From Lama glama (lineage: Eukaryota), in NCBI GenBank assembly GCA_028534125.1, contig CM052817.1:69070001-69134000 (forward strand): 64,000 nucleotides of DNA, written 5' to 3'. The position numbers and the translations under genes are program-made. The notes below the pieces were generated by a model. The model saw only the letters and a list, made by a program, of their open reading frames with translations. It searched no databases and was not told the DNA's origin. Shown in pieces: positions 1-11,280 of this stretch (the first letter of the stretch is position 1; every line of letters starts with the position of its first letter).

Positions 1-330
1 GATGTCTGATGCCATGTGATGATATCAGTCTTTCATAGGTCACTTTTTTTTTCTTCTAGAAACTTGCAGAATTTTTTTCTGTCCCTATTAATTTTTTAAA
101 TTATTTATTTCACTGATTGGATTTATTAAGTCTGGACACTCATGTTCTCCATTTCAAGAAAAACTTCCTTTATATTTTTATAATAATCTACTTTCCTCTA
201 TTTGTTCTTATTTTTCCCTTAAAGATCTCCTATTGTGTATTGGACCTCTGGAATAATAGTATTTTTTATCTCTTGTTCTCTGTCTTTTTGTTCTAATTTC
301 CTGAAAATTTCTTAACTTTCCATCCAACCC
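1..330 (-). mobile_element. Ancient L1ME/HAL1-type fragment (ORF1 region), left part; appears to resume after 5019
   Basis: T-rich degenerate sequence resembling antisense L1ME ORF1. It breaks at 'aactttccatccaaccc' where the MLT1 LTR begins, and similar sequence resumes at about 5020. Confidence 0.5.
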
Positions 331-1656
331 TGTTGCATTTATCTACTGTTATGTAATAAACTACCGCAAACATAGTATTTTATAATTGTTTTATTAAGGC
401 ATACCTCAGAGATATTGTAGGTTTGGCTCCAGATCACCACATTAAAGTGAATATTGCAATAAAGTGAGTCATATGAATTTTCTGGTTTCCAGATATATAT
501 AAATTTATGTTGATACTATAGTCTGTTGAGTGTGCCATAGCATTATGTCTAAAAAAATGCAATGCATATACCTTAACTAAAAAATACTTTATTGTTAAAA
601 AATGCTAACCATTGTCTGAACCTTCAACAAGTTGTAATCATCTTTTAGCTGGTGAAAGGTCTTGCCTCAGTGTTGATGGCTGTTGGCTCATCAGGGTGTT
701 GGTTCCTGAAAATTAGGGTGACTGTAGCAATTTCTTAAAATCAGTGAAGTTTGGTTCATCAGTTGACTCTTCCTTTCACAAACAGTTTCTCTGTATCATG
801 CAATGCTGTTGGATAACATTTCAAACACAGTAGAATGTCTTTCAAAATTGGAGTCAGTCTTCTCCAACTCTATCATTGCTTGATCAACTAAGCTTCTGAA
901 ATCTTCACAGCATCCTCACCAGGAATAGATTCCATCTGAAGAAACCTTTCTTTTGCTCATCCATTAAAAGCAACTTTTCATTCATTAGTTTATCATGAGA
1001 TTGTAGCAGTTTAGTCACATCTTCAGACTCCACTTCTAGTTGTAGTTCTCTTGCTCTTTCTACCACATCTGCAGTTACTTCCTACACTGAAGTCTTGAAC
1101 CCCTCAAAGTTATCCATGAGGATCGGAGGCAGCATCTTCCAAACTCCTGTGCACATTGGTATTTTGACCTCATTACAGGCATCATGAATATTCCTTTTTT
1201 TTTCCTAACCATATACTGTCTTTATTTTTATTTATTTTTGGGGGAGTGTAAGCAAAGTTTATTCTAGGAAGAACAACTCATTGAGAGATAAAACTGTTTT
1301 AAAATTTACATATATGTACTATTCATTGTTTCTAAGATCTAAGTTTAGATCTTTAGCTTTTAAATTCACATAGTTATCAAAGGAATAAAGCCAACCACAA
1401 AATAAGAAACAACAGAATTCAGTGATCCAATCATAAAGGACAGTCAAATGTGCTTACACATATTCAAGAAATCAGTCATCTAACTTATAAATAATAAGTA
1501 GTTCATTTGTTTCCTTTTTTAAGATTCTACATATAAGTAATATCATATGGCATTTTTCTTTCTTTTTCTGGCTTCACTTAGAATGACAATCTCCAGGTCC
1601 ATCCATGTTGCTGCAGATGGCATTGTTTTATTCTTTTTATGGCTGAGTAATATTCC

Positions 1657-1658
<2 letters not shown>

Positions 1659-1690
<32 letters not shown>

Positions 1691-1760
1691 CATATATAGA
1701 GAGAAAATGTAATTTATATATACACACACACACACATACATACATACATACATACATAAC
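1659..1760. repeat. (TG)n / (CA)n / (CATA)n microsatellite inside L1 3' region
   Basis: Read directly from the sequence. Confidence 0.9.
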
Positions 1761-2458
1761 ACATCTTCTTTATCCAGTCACCTGTTGATGGACATTTGGG
1801 TTGTTTCAACGTCTTGGCTATTGTAAATAGTGCTGCTTTGAATATTGGGGTGCATGTGTCTTTTTGGTTTTGCTTTTTTGTTTAAAGACTTTTTTTATTG
1901 AAGTACAATCAGTTACAACATATCAATTTGTGTGTACAGCACAATGTCCCTGTCATGCATATACATACATATATTCATTTTCATATTCTTTTTCATTAAA
2001 TGTTATTGCAAGATATTGAACATAGTTCCCTGTGCTATACAGAAGAAATTTATTTTTTTTAATCTATTTTTATATATGGAGGCTAACATTTGCAAATCTC
2101 AAGCTCCCAAAATTATCCCTTCCCACTCCCTTTCCCCTGGTAACCATAAGATTGTTTCCTACGTCTGTGAGTCTGTTTCTGTTTTGTAGATGAGTTCATT
2201 AGTGTCCTCGTTTTTTCTTTTTTTTTAGACTCCACATGTAAGTGATATCATATGGTATGTTTCTTTCTCTTTCTGGCTTACTTCACTTAGAATGACGATC
2301 TCTAGGTCCATCCATATTGCTGCAAATGGCATTATTTTATTCTTTTTTGTGGCTGAGTAGTATTTCATTGTATAAATATATCAGAATTTATTTATCTAGT
2401 CATCTGTCAACAGACATGTAGGTTGGTTCTATATCTTGGCTATTATAAATAGTGCTTC

Positions 2459-2782
2459 TATGAACATTGGGGTGCATGTGTCTTTTTAAATTACGTTTTC
2501 TCCATATATATGCCCGATAGTGGGATTTCTGGATCATATGGTAAGTCTATTTTTAGTTTTTTAAAGAACCACCATACTGTCCTCCATAGTGGCTATACAA
2601 AACTACATTCCCACCAACAGTATGAACATTGGGGTGCATGTGTTTTTTTAAATTACGTTTTCTCCATATATATGCCCAATAGTGGGATTTCTGGATTATA
2701 TGGTAAGTCTATTTTTAGTTTTTTAAAGAACCACCATGCTGTCCTCCATAGTGGCTATACCAAACTACATTCCCACCAACAG
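2459..2782. repeat. Tandem duplication, 2 x 162 bp, within L1
   Basis: 2459-2620 and 2621-2782 both run 'tatgaacattggggtgcatgtg...ttcccaccaacag' with about 5 substitutions. Confidence 0.95.
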
Positions 2783-5019
2783 TACAGGAGGGTTCATTTT
2801 ACTCCACACCCTCTCTAGCATTTATCATTTGTGAACTTTTTAATGAGGGCCAGTCTGGCTGGTATGAGGTGATATCTCATCATAATTTTGATTTTGCATT
2901 TCTTTAACAATTAGTGATATTGAGCATCTTTTCATCTGCTGGTTGGCCATCTGTCTGTCTTTGTAGAGATGTCTTTTTAGGTCTTCTGCCCATTTTTTAT
3001 ATTGGGTTACTTGTTTTCTTGATATAAAGATGTATGAGTGAATATTCATACATCTAGAAAGGTGAATCCATTCCAGAAGGTTTTCAGTTGACTTTGCCCA
3101 GATTTATCAAAGGAATCACTAGAATTCATACCCTTATGAAGTGTATTTCTTAAATAATAAGATTTAAAATTAATTACTCCTTGATTCATGGGCTTCAGCA
3201 CGGTTGTTGTGTTAGCAGGCATGAAAATGACCTTGATCTCATTCTGCATCGCCATCAGAACTCCTGGGTGACTAGAATCGTCATCAATGAGCAGTAACGT
3301 TTTGGAAGGAATCCTTTTTTCTGAGCAGAAGTTCTCAACAGTAGGCTTAATACAGTCACTAAACCATATTGTAAGCAGATGTGCTGTCATTCAGTCTTTG
3401 TTGTTCCATTTATAGAGCACAAGCAGGGTAAATTTAGCATCATTCTTAAAGGCCTTAGGATTTCCAGAGTGGTAAATGAGAATTGGATTCAACATAAAGC
3501 ACCAACTGCATTAGCACCTAACAAAAGTCAACCTGTCTTTTGAAGCTTTGAAGCCAGGCATTGACTTCTCCTCTCTGGCTATGAAAGTTCTAGATGACAT
3601 CATCTTCCCATAGAAAGCTGTTTTTCCTATATTGAAAATTGTTGTTTCAGTGTGGCCACCTTGATTAATTATCTTAGCTAGATCTTCTGGATAACTTGCT
3701 GCGGCTTCTACATCAGCACTTGCTGCTTCATTTTCATGCTTTGATGTTATGGAGATGCCTCCTTTCCTTAAACCTCATGAACCAACCTCTGTAAGCTTCA
3801 GACTTTTCCCCTGCATATTTTTTACCTTTCTCAGCCTGCCCAGAATTGAAAAGAGTTAGGGCCTTGCTCTGTATTAGGGTTCAGCCTAAAGGAATGTACT
3901 GGCTGGTTTGATCTTCCATTCAGACCACTAAAACTTTCTCTGTATCAGCAGTAAGGTGCTTTTGCTTTCTTATTATTCATGTATTCACTGGAGTAGCACT
4001 TTTAATTTCATTCAAGATCTTTTCCATTGCATTTACAACTTGTCTTCTTGGTGCATGAGGCCTAACTTTTAGCCTATCTCAGCTTTCAACACATCTTCCT
4101 TACTAAGCTTAATTATTTCTAACTGTTGATTTAAAATGAGAAACATGTGACTCTTCCTTTCACTTGAACACTTAGAGGCCATTATAGGGTTACTAGTTGG
4201 CCTAATTTCAACCTTGTTGTGTCTCAGGGAACAGAGAGGCCCTAGGAGAGGGAGCGCGATGGGGGAACCTCCAGTCAGTGGAGCGCTCAGAACACATACA
4301 ACATTTATCAATTAAGTTCACTGTCTTGTGTGGGCATGGTTTGTGGTGCCCCAAAATTATTACAGGAGTAATATCAAAGATCACTGATCACAGATTACCC
4401 TAACAGACATCATAATGCAAATTTTGAAGTATTGCAAAAATACTTACCAAATTGTGACACAGAGACAGGAAGTGAGCAAATGCTATTGGAAGAATAGCAG
4501 CGATAGACTTGCTTGACATGGGGTTGCCACAAACCTTCAATTTGTAAAAACAAGATCTGAAAAGTGCAATAAAGTGAAGCACAGTAAAATGAAGTATGCG
4601 TGTGTGTATCATTATTTTGTGAGCCAAGAATTTAGGCAGCTTTTAGTTGTTCCAATAGATATTAATAGAGGTACTTGGTAATATTCAGCTGTTAGGTGGT
4701 CTGGTCTGAATGGTCTAAAATAGTTTTACTCACATGTCTGAAGCTTTAGCAGGAAGCCAAATGGCAACCAGTGTGTCTACATGTGGCCTCTTCAACATGA
4801 CAGTGTCAGAGTAGTCAAATATCTTACATGGTGACTGTGGACACCCAGAGATTATATGTCAAGATCTTCAGTGATGGCTGTAGGGATAATTTCTATGACC
4901 TAATTGCAGAAGTCCCAGATGTCACTGCCACTACATTTTATTGTCCCAATAAGGCCAACCCCTCCACTTTTCAGTGAAGGGAGTAGCAAAGAATTTGTAG
5001 ACATGTATAATCGGCCACA

Positions 5020-6065
5020 CTCTTGAAAAATTTATATGTATATGCTCACACACATATGTATTTAATTACTAAGAATTCTTTCTTTTTCTCTGATCTGATT
5101 TTTTTTTAATCTTCTCAGGGAAAAAATATCTTCTTTTCTTTCTCTACGAGTATATTAATTATTTTCTAAAGTTTTATTTCCCTTTGTCCCTCTTTCCTTC
5201 TGTATTCTTTCTACATTTTCCTTTGTTAGATCGCTTTATTCTTTCATTATCGGGTGTTGGATTTCCTAATAGGCCTGGTGATCTTGGCTGCCCTTTGACA
5301 TTTAAGGAGGTCTTAAAAAGTTCATTTCAAACTGTCAGTGGGTAGAAGGACTTTTGTCAACTAAGTGACTTAACGTAGGGCAATAGAGCTGAGTACATCT
5401 GTTTTGTGAGTAGTTCCACAAATGTCAGTTCTATTTTTTTAGCCACTCATTTTCTCTTGTGATTAATTTCTCTTATGGGGCCTGCTGCCTGAACTTGGGA
5501 CCAAAAAGGGGAAGGGAGTTTCCCTTTGTGTGTTGACTTTCCTATACTGGTCTGCAGGATTTTCCCAGGTGCTCTCCCTGTTCCTGAGCCCAGCAGGCCT
5601 GAATGTTAGTATAGTCATTCACCTGTCTGCTCACAGAGGCTCTTTTGTGGACTTTCTCAAAAAGAAAATGTCAATTTTCTGCTGCAATCACGGAAAGTTA
5701 TAGGGGTACAGGTTGTGAAAAGGTACTTGAGGACTGACTTCTCCTACATGAGCTTTTTATCCATTCTTCTGTCACTTCTATGTCTTTATTGTTACCCTCT
5801 GTGACACCAGATCCCTCCAATCTTAAACCTTGCATCTTTTATTTCCTTCTGTGGGCATTTAGATTTCACCTTTCCACACTCTGCCAAGTCAGTTACCATT
5901 CATCAATCCACTTTGCAGCTTCCAAAATTCTGTGATTTTTCCCTGGAATTTCCTCTCTTATCCTCCATGTCCTTGTGGGTTTATACTTTAAGAAATTTAT
6001 TTGCTCTAATTTTAATGCAGTTTTGGAAGGTATTGGAGATAAACACATTACATTTAATCTGCTGT
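5020..6065 (-). mobile_element. Ancient L1ME/HAL1-type fragment, right part
   Basis: Degenerate T-rich antisense L1-like sequence continuing the 1-330 block. Confidence 0.45.
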
Positions 6066-7109
6066 GCTTAGTAAAGAGTTACAAATATTTTAACTTTTTT
6101 TTTGTACTGGAGCTGCCATTAAGAAAAAAATTTAACTGGTTGCTTATAGTTCAGAATGATCAATAAGAGGGAGAAGATACTCTGATTTTCCATTTGAACA
6201 TGTTTAGTGGAGATATTAACATTAAGAGATAAAGAGGATAGAGTATCTAGGATAATCGTCACCCAAATACACCTGGAATAATTACAGAGAATTTAAATTT
6301 TTAAACAGCAGTCTACTTGTTACCTGTTTTTTCCTTGGAAAACATCAAATCCATTTATATACAAAACTGTATATGTACATTTATCAGATGGTTCCAGCCT
6401 CATTTGTAGAAATAACACTGGTATTTGTGAAGGAACACAGAATGAAACTGAAACAAATCGTAGTCAGACAGTTGTATCTTTCCCACTTGGAACTCCTGCC
6501 CTTCCTTCTCCAGACAACACTCTTGCCCATGCAGGAATTAGTAGTCATTTCCTAAGGCTCTGCTCCCATTTTTCTATTCCTTTTCACCATCCCTACGACC
6601 TTACTTTGATGTATTCTAGGAGGTCTATTTCAGGCCCTTCCCCAAAGACATAAGTAATTAGTTCCATTGCTGTTCAGCAAATGAATATTAATCATCTTAA
6701 ATCTGTCTGGGCAAGCTACTTTAAATATACATTAAGCACTTCAAGGGTGATGAGATGTAATACAGACCAAGGGAAGGGATTCTGGAGGAGAATTCTCAGG
6801 AAAATAGTCCTTAGGACATAAAGTAAATGGATGGGAACGTGGCCTGGGTAGATTGCCTGGAAGTGACAGGGGTCACCTGGTCAGGGGGAGAGAGGTATTT
6901 GGGCCATTGGCCAAGTAAAGTTTGAGTTTTATGCAACAGTGGTTTTCTTTTCCGCTTTAATAATATGACTGTTTAAGCTATGATTTAACCGAATGTAAAT
7001 GGTCAAGTTCAGCTCAGTTATACCTAAAAGCTCATTTTGCAGTCCCATTTCATTTCAGATCTACAGGCTTGTTTGTGTTGGTTGAAGAAGTTTACATGTA
7101 CTTCTAGCA

Positions 7110-7534
7110 AGACCCAAATATCCATTCATTCTCTCTCCTTTAATAGGAATTTCTGATTTTATTCAAAGTGGCAATGTGCCTAGCTAAAGATTATATTTCT
7201 CATCCTCCCTCTGCACAAGGATAAGGTCATATGATGAGGCAATGGCCAGTTAGATATAAAGGGAGTTGTCTTAAGGGACTGCATGAAGTTTCATATTCCA
7301 CCTGCCAGCCAGGAAAGCGTATTGGGTGGCTGGAGTGCCATGGTGGCAGGGCAATATCCAAGGGATGTAGGGTCCAAATATGGAGGCATATGGGTCCTTG
7401 ACAACCTCAGAGTTCCTGCATCTCAGTTCTTGACATGCCTTCCTCTACATTTACTTTGTGTAAGGAGGGTACTTCATTCAAACAATTCTATTTTGATATA
7501 GTTACCTTCAGCAAAGCCTAATTTTAATGGATAC
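7110..7534 (+). mobile_element. Old MaLR LTR (MLT1J/K-like)
   Basis: Motif 'ggcaatgtgcctagctaaagattatatttctcatcctccc' and terminus 'gcaaagcctaattttaatggataca'. Confidence 0.6.
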
Positions 7535-7684
7535 AAAAGAAAACCCATAGCATTCTTTAATTTTGAATAAGGACTGCAAAATTTTATGTTTCTTTCTACT
7601 ATATAACCTGTCACCTAAGAAATTATTTTCTGTTGAAGGAAAAAAGTTTAACAAGAACATTTTTTTAGCTTTCATCTTTAAAGA

Positions 7685-8150
7685 GAGGGCCTAGCACAGA
7701 GTAGGGTTGAGTAAATATTTGTTAAATGAGTCATATAACTTAAAAATTAATTACTGAGGGCCTACTATGCCTGTCAGTGTAAGTATACAGAGGTGAATAA
7801 ATACTGTCTCTGCCCTAATGAGGTTTCTAATTTTTTGAGTGATGCAAGCAACTGGCACTTACACAAGATGGACAGAAAAAGTCTCATAGCAGAGGCACAT
7901 ACAAAGCATTGAATGGCAGGAAGTAAAGTGACAAATTCTAAAAGGGGGGGGTTCAGATCCTGACTGAAACACGGAATGATAAAGCAAGAAAAGTAGATTG
8001 GGCAAGATTATTAAAAAAAAAACCACACTGAAGAATTCTGATTTGTTGTCTATCTAATTGAGAGAACTTTAGTTAATTTTTAGGAGGATGATTCTGATGG
8101 CCATGTGAAAAGCTTAGTGGAGAGGCTGAGACTGAAGGCCAGAAGGGAGT
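7685..8150. mobile_element. L2 relics (short + strand 3' end, then a - strand fragment)
   Basis: 'cctagcacagagtagggttgagtaaatatttgttaaatg' followed by 'ttactgagggcctactatgcc'. Confidence 0.55.
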
Positions 8151-8334
8151 ACAATCAGAAGCAAGTCTCTGATTTCCCCGCTCTCAGCTGGGAGAGGGAG
8201 AAAGTTCACCTCTGTGAGTCCTGTGGGGCTAAGCCAAGGCAAGAGGAAAGGTTTTCAAAAGCATTGGAAGATGAGAGTTCAGTGGGCAAAGAGTATTGGA
8301 GAAAGAATTTTGAATGGACTGATTCAGGAACCAT

Positions 8335-8713
8335 TGTCATGGACTGAATTGTGTCCCCCTAAATGAATTTATTGAATCCCTAAGCCCCAATGTTAGTGTA
8401 TTTGGAGGTGAGGCCTTTAAGAAGATGATTAAGGTTAAATGAGGTCATAAGGGTGGGTGCTAATGCGATAGGACTGGTGGCTTTATAAGAAGAGGAAGAG
8501 ACACCAGAGATCCTTCTCTCTCTCTCTCTGAGGAAAACAGAGAAGAGGCCATGTGAGGACATAGCAAAAAGTCTACAAGCCAGGAAGAGAACATCACTTG
8601 GAATCAGCCCTGAAATCACCAGGTCCTGGACTTCCAGCTTCCAGAAATATGATAAATTTCTGTTGTTTATGCCATCCAGTCTGTGTTATGCTGTGATAAC
8701 AGACTCTAACACA
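8335..8713 (+). mobile_element. MaLR solo LTR (MLT1A/B-like)
   Basis: TG...CA ends; perfect 5-bp TSD accat at 8330-8334 and 8714-8718; MLT1 motif 'ttaaggttaaatgaggtcataagggtggg'. Confidence 0.9.
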
Positions 8714-8839
8714 ACCATATGGTTTGACCAAACAGAGAACAGAACCTGAGGGAGATACCTACACTACTTCCAAGGGAAGGGTTAAATGCTTCTCTCCATG
8801 CCTAGGGCCAGCCTCCTCTCCACTATGGGAAGGAGACAT

Positions 8840-9005
8840 TGGTCAGACTAATCACAGTGTTTGGGCCACATTTATTAAGTTTCTTCATCTGTAAAACAGC
8901 TATAATAATGGTATGACCTCACAGTTTTGTCATGAGAAGTAAACAAGTTACCAGTGAAGATAATAAGCAAAAAGTAATTGCCCGATAATATTAGCTATTT
9001 TTATT
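8840..9005 (+). mobile_element. MIR SINE fragment
   Basis: Core-like 'agtttcttcatctgtaaaacag...ataatgg'. Confidence 0.6.
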
Positions 9006-9754
9006 TTTACAAACAATTTACAATGACCCCAAATTTGTATTCTGCATTCTACCAAACTAAAGACCTAAATCTGACTCATAGAAATTTGGGAATTGTTGAC
9101 AAAAAGGTATGTATATAGGCTTAAATTGGTGTTACACCGAATTCTGTATTATAATACATTAAACAGTGGCAAGTCTGAAGCTATTCAAAGCCAAAAACAC
9201 CCACAACTGTGTTCTTTTCTTTCCATAGTGAGGTGCCACAAAAGGTAGAATTGTCAAAACAGACTCACATGAATCATAGGTCTTGCCCAATACCAAACTA
9301 CTAATGACTCAAAAGATACAAGCAAGAAGCAAGCACATATGTACTGTTCCTTTCCTGAGGGGCTTGGGCCTTCAAAATCAGCTTCCTAATTGTCCCTTTT
9401 CCCACACTGGGATTAGCAAACAGGCACTAACAATGTGTGGTGTGCGTGTCAGCTCAGCCACTTAGGTTCAGAGCTTCTTAGTTTTTATGCGTGTTTAGTC
9501 ATTCAGGGACAAAGATGTTACAGGTCTAATTTCCATTCTCTGGCCAGCTATATCCCATAATTGTATAAATTCCAGATGTATTTCTAATAATTAGTATAGA
9601 CAGACAGGCACAGCCTGCTCAAATCATCTTTTAGATAAGAACTCTACAGAATCTATCTTTTAAAAAAAAAAAAGGTTTGGCAGATGTCAAGATTTCCTTC
9701 AGCTGCTGTTAACTCTTCTCCATCCTACGTGACCTCCTGTTGGAAGGTGATAGG

Positions 9755-10005
9755 ACAGAGTAGTATTTCAAAGCATGGCCTCACCTCAGTTAAAATCCTG
9801 ACTTTGCTATCATTCGCTGGGTATATAGGCAATTTAAGTAGCCAATCATTGCCTCATTTTTTGATCTGCACAATGGGCATAATAATAGTGTAATTTTCTC
9901 CCAATAAAATGACTGTGGGGACTTAATAAATGTGAAGTACTTAGAGTAGTGCGTGGCATATAGTGAGTTCTCAATACTGTTAGCTAACAAATTTAAATGT
10001 TACTG
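9755..10005 (+). mobile_element. MIR SINE
   Basis: Degenerate core and 3' end 'agtacttagagtagtgcgtggcatatagtgagttctcaatactgttagc'. Confidence 0.75.
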
Positions 10006-10434
10006 TGATTCTAAGAAGAGACTCTATGAATTAGATCTGTTTTTTTTTGTTGTTGCTGTTGTTGGATCTACCATCACTTACTTCCTCCTAGCTCCTCTCT
10101 TTTGCTCATAAATATGCCATAAGCTCTCTCCATCCCAAAGGGATACCTTCCTGCCCTTTTACAAGTCCACCTCATAATATCTCTTTTATCAGGGAAAGGA
10201 GAGAGAATGTTCCCCAAATAAAGTGGGGTGTCGCTTGATTGGTTTAGGAGAGGACAGTAAAATATCATTAGAGATTGATCATTTCTCTGGTTTACTTCAC
10301 AAAAGCATGACATGGTTCTCAAAGAGTTCTGGGATGAGTTGCATAAAACTCTAGCAAGGTCATGGCTGCAGAGAGACAAAGTGATACGCTTGGCTAGAAG
10401 CTTGTTGAAATATTTCTTTAATAATGTTAATTTT

Positions 10435-11280
10435 TTTATCCAGTTGTCTTTTCACCATTCACATTGATCCAGGTTTAATTAAAGCCCTCATCTACTCAGT
10501 GCTTATAATTGCTTCTTAATTAGATTCTCTGTCTCACATTTTACAGCTTCTGATCTTCTAACCATTAATTTGCTCCTCAGATCCATCAAAATTATACAAC
10601 CATATTAGTGATCTGTTCAAGTCACTCTTCTTCTTAAAAACAATCTCCGACTCCAAATTTCCCACAATATGAAGTCAAACTCTTCTACATGCTTTCAGGG
10701 CTTTTCAAAATACGATTTCCAGACTCATTCTCCACTGGTATTGTTCACCATTCACTGTGACCTAATCAGTTCCCCAACACCTGCATCATGTCCCAGACCC
10801 AGAAGACATCACATGGTCTTTGTGTATGTTGTTAATTTTTTAGCTCCATGACTTTGACTACTCCTTTCTGTCTACTTGGATTGCTCCTCCTACCTTTTAT
10901 GCCACCTCCCTCTACTTGGAGAGCTTCTCAGATGAACTGTTATCTTGAATTTCTGGTTTAGAAAACTTCCCTTATTCTCCTAGGTAGGCAGTTTCTCTCC
11001 ATAATTTCACTTGGCACAGTGGTTCTCAGCAGTGGAATATGGGAGGAGATGAGAATTTCTTGAGAAACTCCCTCAAAGTGTACAACATTGCCAGCCTTCA
11101 CTTCTCCCTGAGAATTATTCTTTTGATTAGTGTGCTTCTTTATAGCAGTTAAAGTATATACTTATTATTTATCCACAGGTCTGTTTCCCATTATTGACTA
11201 AGCTTTTCAAGAAAAGCAACTATATCTTAGTCACCTACACATTCCCCCATACATAGCATAGGTGCAATAAAATTATTTTT
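10435..11280 (+). mobile_element. L2 fragment(s)
   Basis: Pyrimidine-rich L2-like motifs ('gtcactcttcttcttaaaa', 'ggtctgtttcccattattgactaagc'). Confidence 0.55.

Larger units (their letters stand above)
1194..3038 (-). mobile_element. Composite L1 insertion: 5'-truncated young L1 (~1890-3038), second L1 3'UTR piece (~1501-1865), non-repeat segment (~1245-1500) and poly(A) tails
   Basis: 9-bp TSD tgaatattc at 1185-1193 and 3039-3047; poly-T at 1195-1203; L1 3' terminus 'ttttttattgaagtacaatcagttac' at about 1890. Confidence 0.85.
605..4182 (-). pseudogene. Disrupted Tigger1 transposase (TIGD1-like; CENP-B-type HTH plus DDE_1 domain)
   Basis: ATG at 4182 gives MASKCSSERKSHMFLILNQQLEIIKLSKE (Tigger1 N-terminus). 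ORF 3046-3390 gives MTAHLLTIWFSDCIKPTVENFCSEKRIPSKTLLLIDDDSSHP (DDE region). There are multiple stops and an L1 insertion. Confidence 0.9.
397..4602 (-). mobile_element. Full-length Tigger1 DNA transposon (TcMar-Tigger), interrupted by an L1 insertion at 1194-3038
   Basis: Terminal inverted repeats 'aggcatacctc' (397) and 'gaagtatgcgtg' (4591-4602), with TA at 395-396. Interior matches recalled Tigger1 consensus and carries transposase ORF remnants. Confidence 0.95.
331..5019 (-). mobile_element. MaLR solo LTR (MLT1G/H-like), split by Tigger1 into 331-396 and ~4603-5019
   Basis: Left end 'tgttgcatttatctactgttatgtaataaactacc' resembles the antisense MLT1 3' end. The right end reverse-complements to 'tgtggccgattatacatgtctacaaattctttgc', an MLT1H-like start. 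Confidence 0.7.

Noticed and set aside
605..4182. Domesticated TIGD1-like gene
   Set aside because: It has many stops and frameshifts, an L1 insertion and flanking TIRs, so it is a dead transposon.
6388..6420. Possible micro-exon ag|ATGG...CACTG|gtattt
   Set aside because: The acceptor has a weak pyrimidine tract, the donor is weak and the peptide is not recognisable.
9440..9630. Possible ancient tRNA-derived SINE (MamSINE1-like)
   Set aside because: Similarity is too weak to support by eye; it would need an HMM search.
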